NCBI GenBank assembly: GCA_010405405.1
Contig: MU004242.1
Location: 159,751 to 223,750 of the forward strand
Source of the DNA: Microthyrium microscopicum
Taxonomy: Eukaryota
Length of the DNA: 64,000 nt
Direction: 5' to 3'
Below, in pieces: positions 22,400 to 35,106 of the stretch. Position numbers and translations under genes: made by a program. How positions within the stretch are numbered: position 1 is the first letter of the stretch; each line of letters starts with the position of its first letter. The notes under the pieces were generated by a model. That model was not told where the DNA came from, did not search any database, and saw only the letters and a list, made by a program, of their open reading frames with translations.

Positions 22400-22826
22400 A
22401 CTGGATAGTTTGATGTCAAAGAATTATAGGGGGAGGATGTGTCTGGGTAATGGGGTTGTACAAGGAAGAGGTGATGGATTTAATGCAAGAAGGGATACTA
22501 CGTTACGCTGTGCCTGATGATTATGAGTTATGATTTACGTTTTTGCACGGATGGAGATGGGCATGTCGTGTGTAGATCATGGAGTAATGACATTTTCCCT
22601 GATCTACTGAAGAAAGCTGTATAGAGGAGTGTCTTGTGAAAAATTGCAACGTTCTTCCAGCAGTCGTGGAACTTGGTCATGGACATTGATATGAATAGAC
22701 TATAGGTACTAGTAGTTCAGGAATTAATTTATGAGATACCTCTTATCGTATCAAAAGTCGATGGAGGTAAAAGTACTATTTATACTAATCAAGCGTACAG
22801 TGCTATGAACAGAATATTCAGGGTAT

Positions 22827-24389
22827 CTATGCCGATGAAGTCTTAGCCAAAGTCCACAAATGTTCCATCTTGAACCGAGAAAGAACATCTTTCGCCTGCG
22901 AATCAGACTCTACATCCCGAAAAGATCCCCATTTCTTGATCGTCCGATTTCGAATGAGTCCCTGATGTAGTAAAGTGCAAGTATTATCCTGCTCTTTTTC
23001 ATCATCTGGGAACGCATCGTTCTGGACTTCTCCCTCCCCTCTAAGAATAGCCTGCCACTTGGTCCGATTAAGTAGAAGATGCTTTAGCTTCCGCGTTGAG
23101 TGATCACCACCTTGTATGACACAGAGGGTGAGACTCGGAGCGACTATGCAAACTCCTGTGACATCGCTATACTGCTTGGCGTTCATATCGATCTTGAACT
23201 TGTGTTTCCCAAGTAACTGATCTTTGCCGAGCGCGATCTTGTATACTGAAACGTTGAGACCCATGGCGGCATTCTCCTTTGCCTTCTGTGCGATCTTCGC
23301 GGCCTTTTCCTCCTTTGTGAGCTGGCGGGACGCATTTGCTTCCAGATGAGTGTCTTTGCGTTCTGCGACCTGCTTGTTTACCATTGCCTCCACCGCAGTT
23401 GGATCTTTGACAGCCATATCGCCGTATACCCTCATGACATTGCTGTGCTTGATCTTGGGTGCCGGTGTAGGCATGAGACCTAACCGAATCTTTGCTTGCT
23501 CTTCTCGATGTTCCTCGGCTCTTCGTATCCGTCTCATCTTCTTCGTCTCTTTCTTCGTTAGCTTCAAAGCAGCCGGTTTTAGTGTGATATATTTCTCCTG
23601 TGGAGGTTCAATCATAATAGGATGAACCACCAGCTTGGATATGAACTCGTTGTTTTCGATGCCAGCTTGCAGACCTTCATCCCAGAACTCGACTTCCGGG
23701 GGCATTGCGACAGTAAAAGCCTGTATTTCAGCACTTTCATCAACACCAGCCTTGGTGACTGATGCTTGAATGCGCTTTTTCATAGCATCAATTGCAGCCT
23801 TCCTCCGCATCTCGTTTGCAGCTTGCATCGCAGGTCTAGCATGCAAATTGTGATTAAAATGGAGCGTTCGCTTGGTTCTTCCACCTGGTCCGGGTCCGAC
23901 TTCGCTAAGATATGGATTTGATCTCTCATCCTCCTTTGCCTGTGGTTTCGGTTTCGCATCGTATCTAGCCGTCTTGGCACCATCTTGTGTATCTGCCAAC
24001 AACCGCGGATGTATGCCAATAGACAAGCCTCCTCTGCCTCCCGATCTCGAAATGTCATCCGTTTCTGGCGGTGGTGGAGGAGGTTGTGCGCCCCATGAAT
24101 TTGGTTGTGCAGCTGGTCTTGGGGGAGGGTCATCTCCTTTCGCTCTGGCAGTCGCTGCCGCAACTCTAGCCTTTAGTGCTTCTACGCGTTCGCGGGCTAG
24201 TTCAGCTGCGGTCTTGGGTGGTGCGGGAGCGGCGGCTCCATTCGAACCGTTTGCGCCATTTGCGAGTCCTTTAGCAGCTTTTTGTGCTTCGAGACGGGCC
24301 TTGACTTCCTCGGCGCGTTTGCGGGCTTCGGCGATTTGTTGTTGGATATCTACTGGCGCCGGTCTTTTACTCGGGACTGCGGAAGACAT
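22827..24389 (-). CDS. PRP3: U4/U6 snRNP protein Prp3
   Basis: PPEVEFWD, HPIMIEPP, LTKKETKKMRRIRR...QAKIRLGLMPTPAPKIKHSNVMRV...DPTAVE, and HKFKIDMNAKQ. Likely start MSSAVPSKR at 24389. Confidence 0.95.
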   Translation of the reverse strand: MSSAVPSKRPAPVDIQQQIAEARKRAEEVKARLEAQKAAKGLANGANGSNGAAAPAPPKTAAELARERVEALKARVAAATARAKGDDPPPRPAAQPNSWGAQPPPPPPETDDISRSGGRGGLSIGIHPRLLADTQDGAKTARYDAKPKPQAKEDERSNPYLSEVGPGPGGRTKRTLHFNHNLHARPAMQAANEMRRKAAIDAMKKRIQASVTKAGVDESAEIQAFTVAMPPEVEFWDEGLQAGIENNEFISKLVVHPIMIEPPQEKYITLKPAALKLTKKETKKMRRIRRAEEHREEQAKIRLGLMPTPAPKIKHSNVMRVYGDMAVKDPTAVEAMVNKQVAERKDTHLEANASRQLTKEEKAAKIAQKAKENAAMGLNVSVYKIALGKDQLLGKHKFKIDMNAKQYSDVTGVCIVAPSLTLCVIQGGDHSTRKLKHLLLNRTKWQAILRGEGEVQNDAFPDDEKEQDNTCTLLHQGLIRNRTIKKWGSFRDVESDSQAKDVLSRFKMEHLWTLAKTSSA

Positions 24390-24866
24390 CTTGGCGGTTA
24401 AATGGAGGAGGGGATGGATGGATGGGAAGGGCGGTACGACTTTGGTGTTGGATGTTTTCACAGAACATTCAGCTTTTGGTTCCAACACTGAATTACAGGC
24501 AGAAAGTCACGAGGCACGTGATTGGGTCGGGCTCAGTACATAATGTTAGCGCGAAATAAGCGACAGGGATGTGGTGGCCAGAAAGCAAGAGCTTAAGGAA
24601 AGAACGTTTGGTGACCAGGGGATTTAGGGAAAGAACAACTCGACATTTAGCTGACCCTCCTTTTGATATCGCCAACTGGCCAACTTGTATCCGACAACAT
24701 CTTCAAGCTCAGTCTCCATTACCCCCATAGCCCACGAATACCATGCCTCCTTTATTCTCCCAACATCTCATATAACCGCTGCCTTTGACAGTTCGCACAC
24801 GTTGCCAAATTCGCGACCCCATATTCATCAAGCCATCTGGCCCTCCAGACACCGTACATACTCGCC

Positions 24867-27800
24867 ATGGCCGATTACAATATGTATCATTCTATGGGAG
24901 GTAATCAACCAGGCCAGAACCCCCAACAACAACAACCTCCTCAGAATTTCCGTCCTCCTGTTGCGCCCGGTCCTGCAGGATATCAACAAAGTGGCACACC
25001 TGGTAATCCCCCAGTCCAAGGCGGTACTCCATATGGCGCATACCAGCAACAAGATCAAGGATACTTCCAGCAAGGACCACAAGCACCACAAGCAACACCG
25101 ACTCCTCAAGACGGAATGGGTGGGCTGGCTCAACAGATGGGCGGTATGGCCATTGGTGGTGATGGAAGTGGAACTGTGCGAAAGAAGCGGGATAGACACG
25201 CACATCATGTTATACAATCCGCTGGAAGCTCACAGCCATACAATGGGATGCCCCAAGGCAACGTCCAGCCCAGTCAATTCTTAAACCAACCTAGTCAATC
25301 ACCTCATCCTTTTACTGGAGAACAAGCTACTCCAGCCATGGCACAATTCCCTGCCCAACCAAACCAATTCACTGTAGGGCCAGGTGCTCTAGGCGTCCCA
25401 CCATCTAACCAGCCAGCAGCAAGTGGAGTATCTACTCAAGGAAATGTTGATCCCGAACAACTGCCTAGTGTGCCCCAGATTCGCGATCAACCGGCTCAAT
25501 TCTATCTCGAAAATCTATTTCCAACTATGGAACCCAATCTCATACCTCCTCCTGCGGCAGTACCCTTTGTTTCTGTCGATCAAGGAAACTCGTCCCCGAG
25601 ATTTGCTAGACTCACTCTAACGCATATTCCAGCTTCGCAAGAAGTTTTGACCTCGACTGGCTTGCCGCTCGGTCTGGTGATTCAGCCTTTGGCGCCACTA
25701 CAGGAAGGCGAAAAGGAAATACCTGTACTAGACTTCGGTGATACAGGCCCTCCTAGATGTCGTCGATGTCGAGCTTATATAAATCCATTCATGACCTTCA
25801 AGTCCGGAGGAAACAAGTTCGTTTGCAATATGTGCACTTTTCCAAATGACACACCAATGGACTACTTCTCGCCCACAGATCCTTCTGGAACTCGAGTAGA
25901 TCGACCACAAAGACCGGAGCTATGCCTAGGAACCGTCGAGTTCGTTGTGCCCAAGGAGTATTGGTCAAAACCACCCGTACCAATCAGAATCCTTTTTCTC
26001 ATCGATGTCACTGAGGAATCAGTCAACAAAGGCTTCCTCACGGCCTTTTCTGATGGCATCATGAATGCCTTGTATGGCGGTACCAGCGATGGTGATGATG
26101 AGAAGACATCTCTACCAAAAGGCGCTAAAGTGGGCATTGTGACATATGACAAGGCCATGCATTTTTATAACATTAGTCATACACTGGATCACGCGCAAAT
26201 GATGGTCATGTCGGATCTTGAGGATCCATTCGTTCCTTTGAGTGATGGACTTTTCGTTGATCCCGAGGAAAGCAAAGGCGTCATCACATCTCTCCTTAAT
26301 CAACTACCGCAAATGTTCTCCCCAGACATCACAGTTGGACTAAAAAACCCAGAACCTGCGCTACTGCCCGCTCTCAATGCTGCCACCCAGGCGTTGCTCG
26401 CAACTGGCGGCAAGATTATATGTTCGCTAGGTGCGTTACCAACTTGGGGCCCCGGCCGACTTTTCCTGCGAGACGACAATAGCTCTGTAGCAGGGACTGA
26501 TGCTGAAAAGAAGCTCCTCACTACTGAGCATCCAGGCTTCATGAAGGCTGCCGGGAAAATGACTGAAGCTGGTATTGGTATTGATTTCTTCCTCGCCGCA
26601 CCAAGTGGAGGATATTTGGATATCGCGACCGTTGGCCACGTTTCGAGCAAGACTGGGGGAGAAACATATTACTATCCCAATTTCCATTCACCTAGAGATG
26701 ACCTAAGACTGTCAAAAGAGATCAAACACACCGTTACCCGAGCCACTGGATTCCAGGCCCTCATGAAAGTCAGATGCTCTAATGGTCTTCAAGTCTCAGC
26801 ATACCATGGGAACTTTACCCATCACACATTTGGCGCTGACCTTGAATTTGGCGTCATCGATGCCGACAAAGCCATTGCGGTCATGTTCAGCTATGATGGC
26901 AAACTCGACCCCAAACTTGATGCTCATTTCCAAAGCGCCATCCTCTACACATCCGCGTCCGGCGAACGCAGAGTGAGATGTCACAACTTGGTAGCCAGTG
27001 TCGCAGAGCGAGGAGAAGAAGCACTTCGCTTTGTCGACGAAGATGCAATTATAAGCGCAATCGCGAAAGAAGCAGCGTGTAGAATACCTGAACGATCCGC
27101 GAAAGACATGCGCAATGCCATCACTGAAAAGACCGTCGATGTACTGGCGGCTTATCGCAAAAACTTTTCCACTCACCATCCAACTGGCCAATTGGTTATT
27201 CCCGAACACCTTCGAGCTTTCAACATGTACATGCTTAGCATGATCAAGTGCAGAGCGTTCAAGGGCGGTCGAGAACCGACTGATCGTCGCGTCTATGATC
27301 TACGACAACTGCGAGGTATGGGTCCGATGGAAATCTCGCTCTACCTTTATCCACGGATCATCTCATTACATAACCTTGAGGAGGGCGATGGCTTCCCCAA
27401 CGAAAAAGGCCACTTGAGGATGCCTGCTATGCTACGAGCCAGCTTCTCACGTATAGAAGAAGGAGGTGTTTATCTTGTCGACAACGGTCAAATATGCCTT
27501 CTGTGGATTCATAGCCAGGTGTCACCCAACCTACTGGAGGATCTCTTTGGTGCCGGCTCCAACAGTCTACAGCAACTTGATCCATTCATGAATCATTTGC
27601 CTGTATTGGAAACTCATCTTAACGCCCAGGTGCGGAATATTCTGCAATACCTTGAAATCGCACGAGGATCGAAAGCTCTTACTATTCAGCTTGCGCGTCA
27701 AGGCTTTGATGGCGCCGAGTATGAGTTTGCACGCTTGTTATTCGAGGATCGCAATAATGAGGCACAAAGCTACGTCGATTGGCTAGTGCATGTACATCGG

Positions 27801-28019
27801 TTGATACAACTAGAAGTAAGTAATTCATAGATCACTCATGGAAGGACAGGAATATCTAGTTCACGTTACTAACGTAAAGCTAAGCTTTCGGGGCAACGGA
27901 AAAAGGAAGACACGGGAGACAGCGGACTGGCACAGAATCTCATTCCACTACGGTAAATTTTGATAACGCAAGCTTTTCTATTCCCTGCTAATGGTTCTAG
28001 TCAAATGTGGACTAACTAA
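24867..28019 (+). CDS. SEC24: COPII coat Sec24-family subunit (Sec24C/D, Sfb3/Lst1-like)
   Basis: P/Q-rich N-terminus, DQGNSSPRFARLT, zinc finger PPRCRRCRAYINPF...CNMC, trunk domain, KVRCSNGL, and a gelsolin repeat. Two 3' introns give the end LSGQRKKED...RQMWTN*. Confidence 0.95.
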
Positions 28020-28160
28020 GAGTAATCGAGTTGAAAATATCAAATTCATTGCCTTGTCCAAACCCTTTATCTTATCTTTTTGTGAAGAATATGTAGGTAA
28101 TGAGATATTCGCAACTAACTAGTATGCCATCGTATACGGCCGATACTGTCAGAATACCGA

Positions 28161-29168
28161 CTACATGGAGCAGCCTCCTGCAGCGCCCTTGCCTTTGCAC
28201 TTGGGGCAAAAGCCATCCATCTGCATTTGAATGACTGCCGGAGTCTTTTCCGTACGAGCCATCTGACTGTCCACGACGAGCCAATGCTTGCAGCTAGTAT
28301 AGAAGATCATACGCTCAAGAGTTGGCTTGGTGAGATCAGCTTCTGGCCGTGACGGAATCTCATCTTCGTCCTCTCCTTCTCCTTGCCCTTCCTCAACCTC
28401 CTCCTCATCGGCCACTTGTCCGTCTTCAGCCTCGTCCACAACTGGCTCCGGTGCAGGTGCTGGCGTTAGGGGAGCGCCGCCAGCACCACTGCCACTGCCG
28501 CTGCCGCTAGCTTGTGGGTTGATCGAGCCATCCGGTCTTCGTCCCGTGCGTCCTCCCCCGGAACGCTCAAACATCTCCGGACTCAAATAATCACCAATAT
28601 CACCCGGATTCAGCGCCCGCATAGACGCCTCAATCGCAGCGCGCATCATCTGCGACTCATTCTCGCGTGCATGCAAACTCGACTCACGCATAGCTTTGAG
28701 CATCATCTCCTCCTCATCTTCATCCTAGAAAATGTTAGAGAAATGATAAATCAGGCCGCCAACAGCCTTTCACGAAATAATCGCAAGGCGAGGAAGAAAG
28801 ACGTACCGTCACTGCAGCGCCAGTGGAGCGCAGGAAAGCTTCGTGCTCGGCGCGCGTGGACTCGAGGAGAGCGTTGGTGGTTTCGTCGGTGAAGGCGTCG
28901 GCGCAGTCCATGCACAGGTTTGGGTCTGGGATGACTTGGATTGTTGGGTCGGGACATTCTTCGTTGGACTCCTAGGTGCGTTTATCAGTATACATGGGAT
29001 TGTAGAGCTTTGTAATGGTGGAGTGAGGCAATTCTCAAACAGCAGTTTTTTTAGGTTGGATATGGGGAGTATGCTTACTTCGGCGAGTTCGCATTGGGTT
29101 TGGATGCCCATGTCCTGCTCATGATCGCATTGAAACTTGATATGGACTTCTTGGCATTGGCACGGCAT
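28161..29168 (-). CDS. Hypothetical protein with two UIM-like helices flanked by Cys/His modules; three exons
   Basis: Spliced: MPCQCQEVHIKFQCDHEQ...QCELAE / ESNEECPDP...LCMDCAD...AVT / DEDEEEMMLKAMRESSL..ENESQMMRAAIEASMR...YTSCKHW...GFCPKCKG. Confidence 0.7.
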
Positions 29169-29990
29169 CTTGGTGGTTGTTTGGGCTTGTTTGTGTATGG
29201 CTTTTGGGGTATAGTGTTTGTTGGGGTTTGTGGTATTTGCGATAGATGCTGGGAATGGTATTGCGATTGGCGATGGCTAACTTAAATATAGGGATGATAG
29301 GGTGACATACTTTCCGAAATGTGATCTTTGGATCGTTACGAGATTTGTATGGGTTACTCAAGCATAGTTGCTGGACACAGATGACTTCCTTGTAAGAGAA
29401 CTTATTTCTGGAACGAGTGGCAAGCATGACTTTGTGATGTATATACTGGGGACAATCCTTTGTCTATGGCGTTCAGGCCAAGCAAACGTTGTTGTCTTTG
29501 TTGATCTTCTTATTTGAATGCAAGATATCACTTATCCTCAAAGTCAGTATTCCTCATCACTTTATGCAAACAATTACTTACCAAGTTGTAGTAAAGTCAA
29601 ATATATATATCAATCACCCATATTTACATCACTTTAAAATCACGAAGTTAAGGAGAAGGAAGGTATGCATCAACTGGTATGGGTACCAGTATATTATTTG
29701 TAAGTATATTCTAAGTACATGATTGCTGTATTTGTGACCCAAGAGTGGTCACTATGCTTATATCCACGGAGTCTGATCTGATTCTGTAACCGCACATCCA
29801 ATGCCCTTCCTAATATCACTAACAACCCAGTCAAACCGCCAACGCCAGTGCAAAGGGGGTATCATAAAGCAATGGTCGTCATCAATATCGTAATAGTAAG
29901 TGCCCATCATCAATCACTACTCCTGCCCGATTTTGATATCCCTAACCAGAAATGTCGAACAAAACTTCCCCTATTGCTGAGAGAACGCGA

Positions 29991-31898
29991 TCAGAGAGAG
30001 GGGACAGAATGTGAGTAGAGAAGCGAGCGTCCAGTGGCCTCGTCGATGTTGTTGCGGAACTCTTGAACATATTCCTCCAGGAGGCGAGCCATTGCAGGCT
30101 GGAAAGCCAGAGGATTGTCTGACCATCGGAGACTATGCTCGTCCAGAACAGTTCGAAGAGCCAGTAGTCGGGTATGATTGGTCCACATACCGCTTCGAAG
30201 CGACCGATCCATTGAATCCCATGCCTCCGCGTAATAAACCAGTCGGAAATCATTGAATTCGACCCGAGCCGCGTACTGGTTCACTTCCTGTAGCAGAACA
30301 TAGAAGTCTCCTGGGAGCATGTTCGGAACTATGATTTCGGCCCACTGCGCTTCGGAATCATTGTCAGTCTCGAAGTCGAGGTTTCCGAGGTCCAAATTGA
30401 CTTTGTTGACAGATGAAGATTCGGCCTGAGCGGAAGGCCCTGGGGCCGTAGCCTCATGCGCTGTATTGTTCTCTGAAGGGACGATTCCCAGGGTATCGGC
30501 CACATGTCCATGGATTTCGGTTAGCTTTTCTTCGGTTGCATTACCCACCACAATCGGGGCTACTAGGGGAAGTTGGGCCACTTCATCCAGCCAAGAGTTG
30601 TCATCATCCACGTCCATGAATTGTGGCTGTTGGGCGACTGGTGCGTTGCAGGTCGTCACTGGTGCAACTTGGAAGAGAGGTTGTTGTGCCTGGGTCATCC
30701 ATCGCTGCTGTGGAATTGGGAGATCCAGGAGATCGCTCAAGATGTCAATGATCTCGTCGGACCACGGTGGAGCTATGGTCGGCAATCCATTGGCGAAGGT
30801 ACAACCCCAAGCAAAGAAGTCTTCTGAAAGCTTATTGAATCGTCGGAAACAAGATTTTGGGCTTCGATGACTGAAAATTGTGTCGACTGCGTCCCAATCA
30901 ACCTCCTCTACCACAAAGGTTGGATCCACGGCCTTTTTGGCATCGACCTGCTCTTTGACCACTTGAAGAAGCATGAAAGACTCTTGATCCTGCCAGATTC
31001 CACTGCTTCCAGCTATCAGCTTCGCCTGTTCGCCGTATAGCTTTCGATGCATATCATCACTATGCACCGCTAGCTTTTGTTGCTCACTTAGGGTCGGATG
31101 ACTTAGGATACCAATTCGAACACCGATAAGATCATGTGCACGAACAGCGTCCGCACAGTTATTACGAATCCACTGTATCATCTGGCCATCTAGAGGAAGT
31201 CGCGGTCCCATGAAGAAACGTTGAACTTTGCTCTGTATCTTGCGGCGCACATTCGTGGTTTTACATCGCGAAGGAATTGCCTCTTGGATGAGATGCAACA
31301 AAACAGCCCAGACGTCCTTGTCTCCTTCGCTCGTCATTGTCAAAGATGGATCCAGGTCGCGCAATTTACGCTGGTGCTGTGGCAATGTGGATAAGATCCG
31401 ATACATCTCGATAGACGTCAAGCGGTACTGGGCCATGAAGCCATTGATGGTATTGCACACTTGACGCAATTCCCAGTTGTTGTATTTGCCTGAGACTTGT
31501 GGTCCAGTAGTACTGATCCGTCCCTGAACTGCAATTGGGCGGATATACTGATCAGGACCGAGAGATGCTAAGAGCTGCGCGTCGTAAGGCTCCGGGTCCA
31601 AGTTGGCGCCTTCGGTTACTGATTGTTGCTGCTGAAATTTTTGTGGCTGAGCGACGACTTGGGGCTGCTGTGCTTGCAAGCCTTGATTGTGTGAGGCATG
31701 GGTCTGGTGTATCTGCATAGGAACCGTATTTTGCACGTTCGAGGCTGGAAGCTGCTGGGAGTCTAGGACAACTGAAGTGGTTTGTTGGTGCAAAAAAGCA
31801 TCAGTTTGCTGGTTCGTTACGAAACCGTTAAGCTGATAGTATAGGCTCATGTCGTCTTGCGACAAGGAAATGGATGGAGCGTCATATGATGTGTTCAT
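29991..31898 (-). CDS. Myb/SANT-domain protein, Reb1/TTF1/DMTF1-like, paralog 1
   Basis: 635-aa ORF with a Q-rich N-terminus; GKYNNWELRQV..F...LT..E and the Myb repeat GIWQDQESFMLLQVV...VDWDAV...RSPKSCFRRF. Confidence 0.75.
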   Translation of the reverse strand: MNTSYDAPSISLSQDDMSLYYQLNGFVTNQQTDAFLHQQTTSVVLDSQQLPASNVQNTVPMQIHQTHASHNQGLQAQQPQVVAQPQKFQQQQSVTEGANLDPEPYDAQLLASLGPDQYIRPIAVQGRISTTGPQVSGKYNNWELRQVCNTINGFMAQYRLTSIEMYRILSTLPQHQRKLRDLDPSLTMTSEGDKDVWAVLLHLIQEAIPSRCKTTNVRRKIQSKVQRFFMGPRLPLDGQMIQWIRNNCADAVRAHDLIGVRIGILSHPTLSEQQKLAVHSDDMHRKLYGEQAKLIAGSSGIWQDQESFMLLQVVKEQVDAKKAVDPTFVVEEVDWDAVDTIFSHRSPKSCFRRFNKLSEDFFAWGCTFANGLPTIAPPWSDEIIDILSDLLDLPIPQQRWMTQAQQPLFQVAPVTTCNAPVAQQPQFMDVDDDNSWLDEVAQLPLVAPIVVGNATEEKLTEIHGHVADTLGIVPSENNTAHEATAPGPSAQAESSSVNKVNLDLGNLDFETDNDSEAQWAEIIVPNMLPGDFYVLLQEVNQYAARVEFNDFRLVYYAEAWDSMDRSLRSGMWTNHTRLLALRTVLDEHSLRWSDNPLAFQPAMARLLEEYVQEFRNNIDEATGRSLLYSHSVPSL

Positions 31899-32673
31899 TA
31901 TGTTTTCTCGAGTCGTTTGGGAGTTGAAAATGCGATTGGTTATGTTGAAAGTGTGGAGGAGGTTTCACGAGTGTGGACGGGGGTAAGTTGATGGACGAAG
32001 ATTGAATAAGCCTCAAGGGCTTAAAGGGTCTGAGAAAACGAAATAATCACCTACCTCAGTGACTTCTGTTGAGCTGAAGCTGTATTGATGTTGTTTGATG
32101 TCTTTGTTGTCAGATTCATACGCGCCTATGCCACCTCAACATCAGCTAAGTGCTCAGTGACTGCCGGTCAGCTGAGGATATATCAATACCGCATTGATAT
32201 CGATTGATGTCTTTGTTGACAGGCTCAAGCGTGCCTATGGCACCTCATCAGTGCTTCCAGAATAGGCCTATTGCGGCTCATCATAGCTAATCACACGATC
32301 TCAGGGCTGTTGGGAAACTCACGGGCGCGTACGGATCATAGTGACTGAAGTAAGTATTGAAAGCTACATATATGATTGGGACGTTCAGTATCAAGGCATA
32401 TTTGCTATGTCTCCATATGCGGTACAGGAAAAGTACTAACAGGGCCAGTAAGACCACCAACGCCTTCGCTAAAGGGAAATGGGGTATATCGTGAGAAACG
32501 AACCGTGAGAAATGGGAAACCCCATGAGAACTGGGAAAGACCATGAGCAAGAAGGAAAATCATGGGGAAGGCGCCAGATCAGGGGAAAAGGGGTTTATAT
32601 ACGGTGAGTAAACGCCATCTTCAAGATCCGAGCTGTAAGTGAACTCCTCAAGTGTTTACTTTCGCTGACGATC

Positions 32674-34458
32674 CTAATTAGATTCGACGAAAGTTTCCGC
32701 CGCGAGCTTCGCCACAACACGCGCAAGGGCCTCAGGGAAAGTTGCTACATCAGCCCACTCATCACAGTGTTCATTCATCACGTCGTGAAGAGCCTGTTGT
32801 CGAGCAGTATTCGACCAGATGCCGTTCCGGAAATAATCACCAACCATATTCCAAGCGTCTGGATAGTACATCAATCTAGAATCCAGTAGGTTGACCTGGA
32901 ACGCGAAGGCTAAAGTATCCGACACGAGAACTTGAATGTCGTAAGGAGTCATTGCTGCACATTCATCTTCGGCCAACCGGTCGTTGAGATTTGCGTCGTT
33001 TTCGTGCTTAGTTCGCTCGGAATTCGAATTTGCATGAATCACTGTGGAGGACTCAAAGCCCATGCGGAGACCATGCTGTGAGTTTGAACCAAAGCCTTTG
33101 GTGGCATCTGGATGTCCAGTCATTTGAAGGGCCATGGAGGCATCCGACTTAACGTGCCAGTCAAAGACCAACATCGAATCAGCGCTCATGTAGTGCCCGA
33201 GGCCAGGCTCTGTATCCAGCGGGATCGCAGAGCTATCATCATAGAAAAGCCCTGGCAGCTCGGATCGTAGGTCCGGGAGAGTTGAGACAATGGATTGAAG
33301 CGGAGCTTGCTGTGGTGGACGGGCGGCTTGGTTGGTGGTGGAAAAAACGACAATAATCTGACCCAAGAGAGTGAGGGCTTCATCGCACTGAGGTTTCCCA
33401 GCAACAGGAGACCCACCCTTATACCACTGCATATACTCTTTGACAAGCTGCGTGAAGCGACGGGAGCATGCTCGCTCGCTTCGGTGCTGGAATTCGTTCT
33501 CGATTTCGGCCCAGTCAATGGTTTTGATGCCTCTATAAGTCCCTTGAGCGGTCTCTGCTGCAACATATGACTGGACGGTCTGTAGTAGCTGGACTGTCTC
33601 CGCATCCGCCCATTTGCCAGTACGACCGGCGATGGCTGGCTTGCCGATGATGTCCTTGGCGATTTCGTCTCCATGTACTGCGAGCTTTTGTTGCTCGTTG
33701 AGCGTTGGATGACTCAATAGCCCGACTCGAACTGCTACTATGTTTCGAGTTTGAAGAGCGTCCGCACAGTAGTGTCGAATCCATTGGATCAATTCTGGAG
33801 TTAATGGAGTCCGTGGACCCATGAATGTTCGCTGAATCTTGGGCTGAATAGCTCTACGGGAGCTGGTATCGGCAGAGCGCAGAGGAACGGCATTTTGAAT
33901 CTCCCGATAGATGACGCGCCACGCGTTCTCGTCACCCCCATTGTCGCTGTTGAGAGATGTATCAAGCTGGCTCATCTTCTTCTTTAGCGGAGGAAGACAA
34001 GATATAATTCGATACATCTCAATCGTGGTCAAGCTGTACCGAGTCATGAAGCGATTGAGAGCATCAGTGGCTTGTCGAATCTCCCATTTGGTCCCTAGCT
34101 TTGTTAGTGGACGATTACATTACAGTGTTGCGGTCAACTTACACATTCCAGAAGACACTGGTCCTGGCTTTTGCCCGTAGCCTTGTCGACGATTCTCAAT
34201 GGGCTTGATATAGTGATTTGGGCCTAGCATGGCCTCGGCATGGGCATCGAAAAGCTCGGGGTTCAGATTTGTAGTGTCAGTGGCAGCTTGTGGGAGAGAA
34301 ACTGGCGTCGCAATCTGCTGCTGGCTCATGAGCGAGGCATTTTGCTGGCCATTCACCGTATTACCACGCTGACCCAATGTGCCATTGCTGGCGCTAGGGT
34401 CAAAGAGAGCCCAAGAGAGCGAACCAGAGAGCGAACCAGTAAGGGAAAGGTGAGACAT
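32674..34458 (-). CDS. Myb/SANT-domain protein, paralog 2 (one intron, 34095-34142)
   Basis: Splicing gives PGPVSSGMWTKWEIRQATDALNRFMT, collinear with paralog 3. Myb repeat GKWADAETVQLL...IDWAEI...RSERACSRRF. Start codon uncertain. Confidence 0.75.
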
Positions 34459-34878
34459 GTTGTTCTCAATGACAGTAGACAGACAAATTTTTGAGATGTG
34501 ATGTCCAGATCTCAGTGCACCCTCGGGGATGGTAAAGGAAGTCTGTCGAAGATGGGCTTGTTGTGATGGTTTTGGATTAAGTTGACAGTATAGATTTCTA
34601 CACAGCAACGAAAGCTTAAAAGAATTGCTTAGATGGCCCGCCATTAACATTTCAGTCACTTCTAGTAAGTGGAAGCCGTGATACTGCATCCATAGTGAAA
34701 CTGACTTTGTTGTCATACTCAAAGGCATCATTGAAACCCCTGGGTTGCCATAAGACAACCCGTCACTACTATCACCACGTCAGGAAGATAGCAATAGGTT
34801 ACAAACGCATATATATCATTGTCAAGTGATAGTGGATTAACAATATATTGTTCTTTCAGTCGCTACGGATGCAGGTAC

Positions 34879-34907
34879 GCTATGCTATGCTATGCTATGC
34901 TATGCTA
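34879..34907 (+). repeat. (GCTAT)n microsatellite, about 5.8 units
   Basis: gctatgctatgctatgctatgctatgcta seen directly. Confidence 0.9.
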
Positions 34908-35106
34908 AATCAAATAATGCTATAAGTGTGACTCGATGGTCGGAGCAATCTTCCTGTCCAAACTGTTCAGACTAACAATATGACAGTTAATTGAGTCCTG
35001 CTTTCCAAAATCATTCATAAAAGCCATTCACTTTTTCCACGCGAGCGAGGTCCTCAAACCAGGCAGGGAGAATCAAGCTCCCAATGGGCACACACTCGGG
35101 AGGCGT

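Noticed and set aside
28161..28175. C-terminal CaaX prenylation motif (GGCSM*)
   Set aside because: The Cys is third from the end, not fourth.
32470..32590. Repeated CGTGAGAA/TGGGAAA motifs resembling CSL binding sites
   Set aside because: Degenerate purine-rich repeat in the presumed 3' UTR of Myb paralog 2, and CSL factors are not established in Pezizomycotina.
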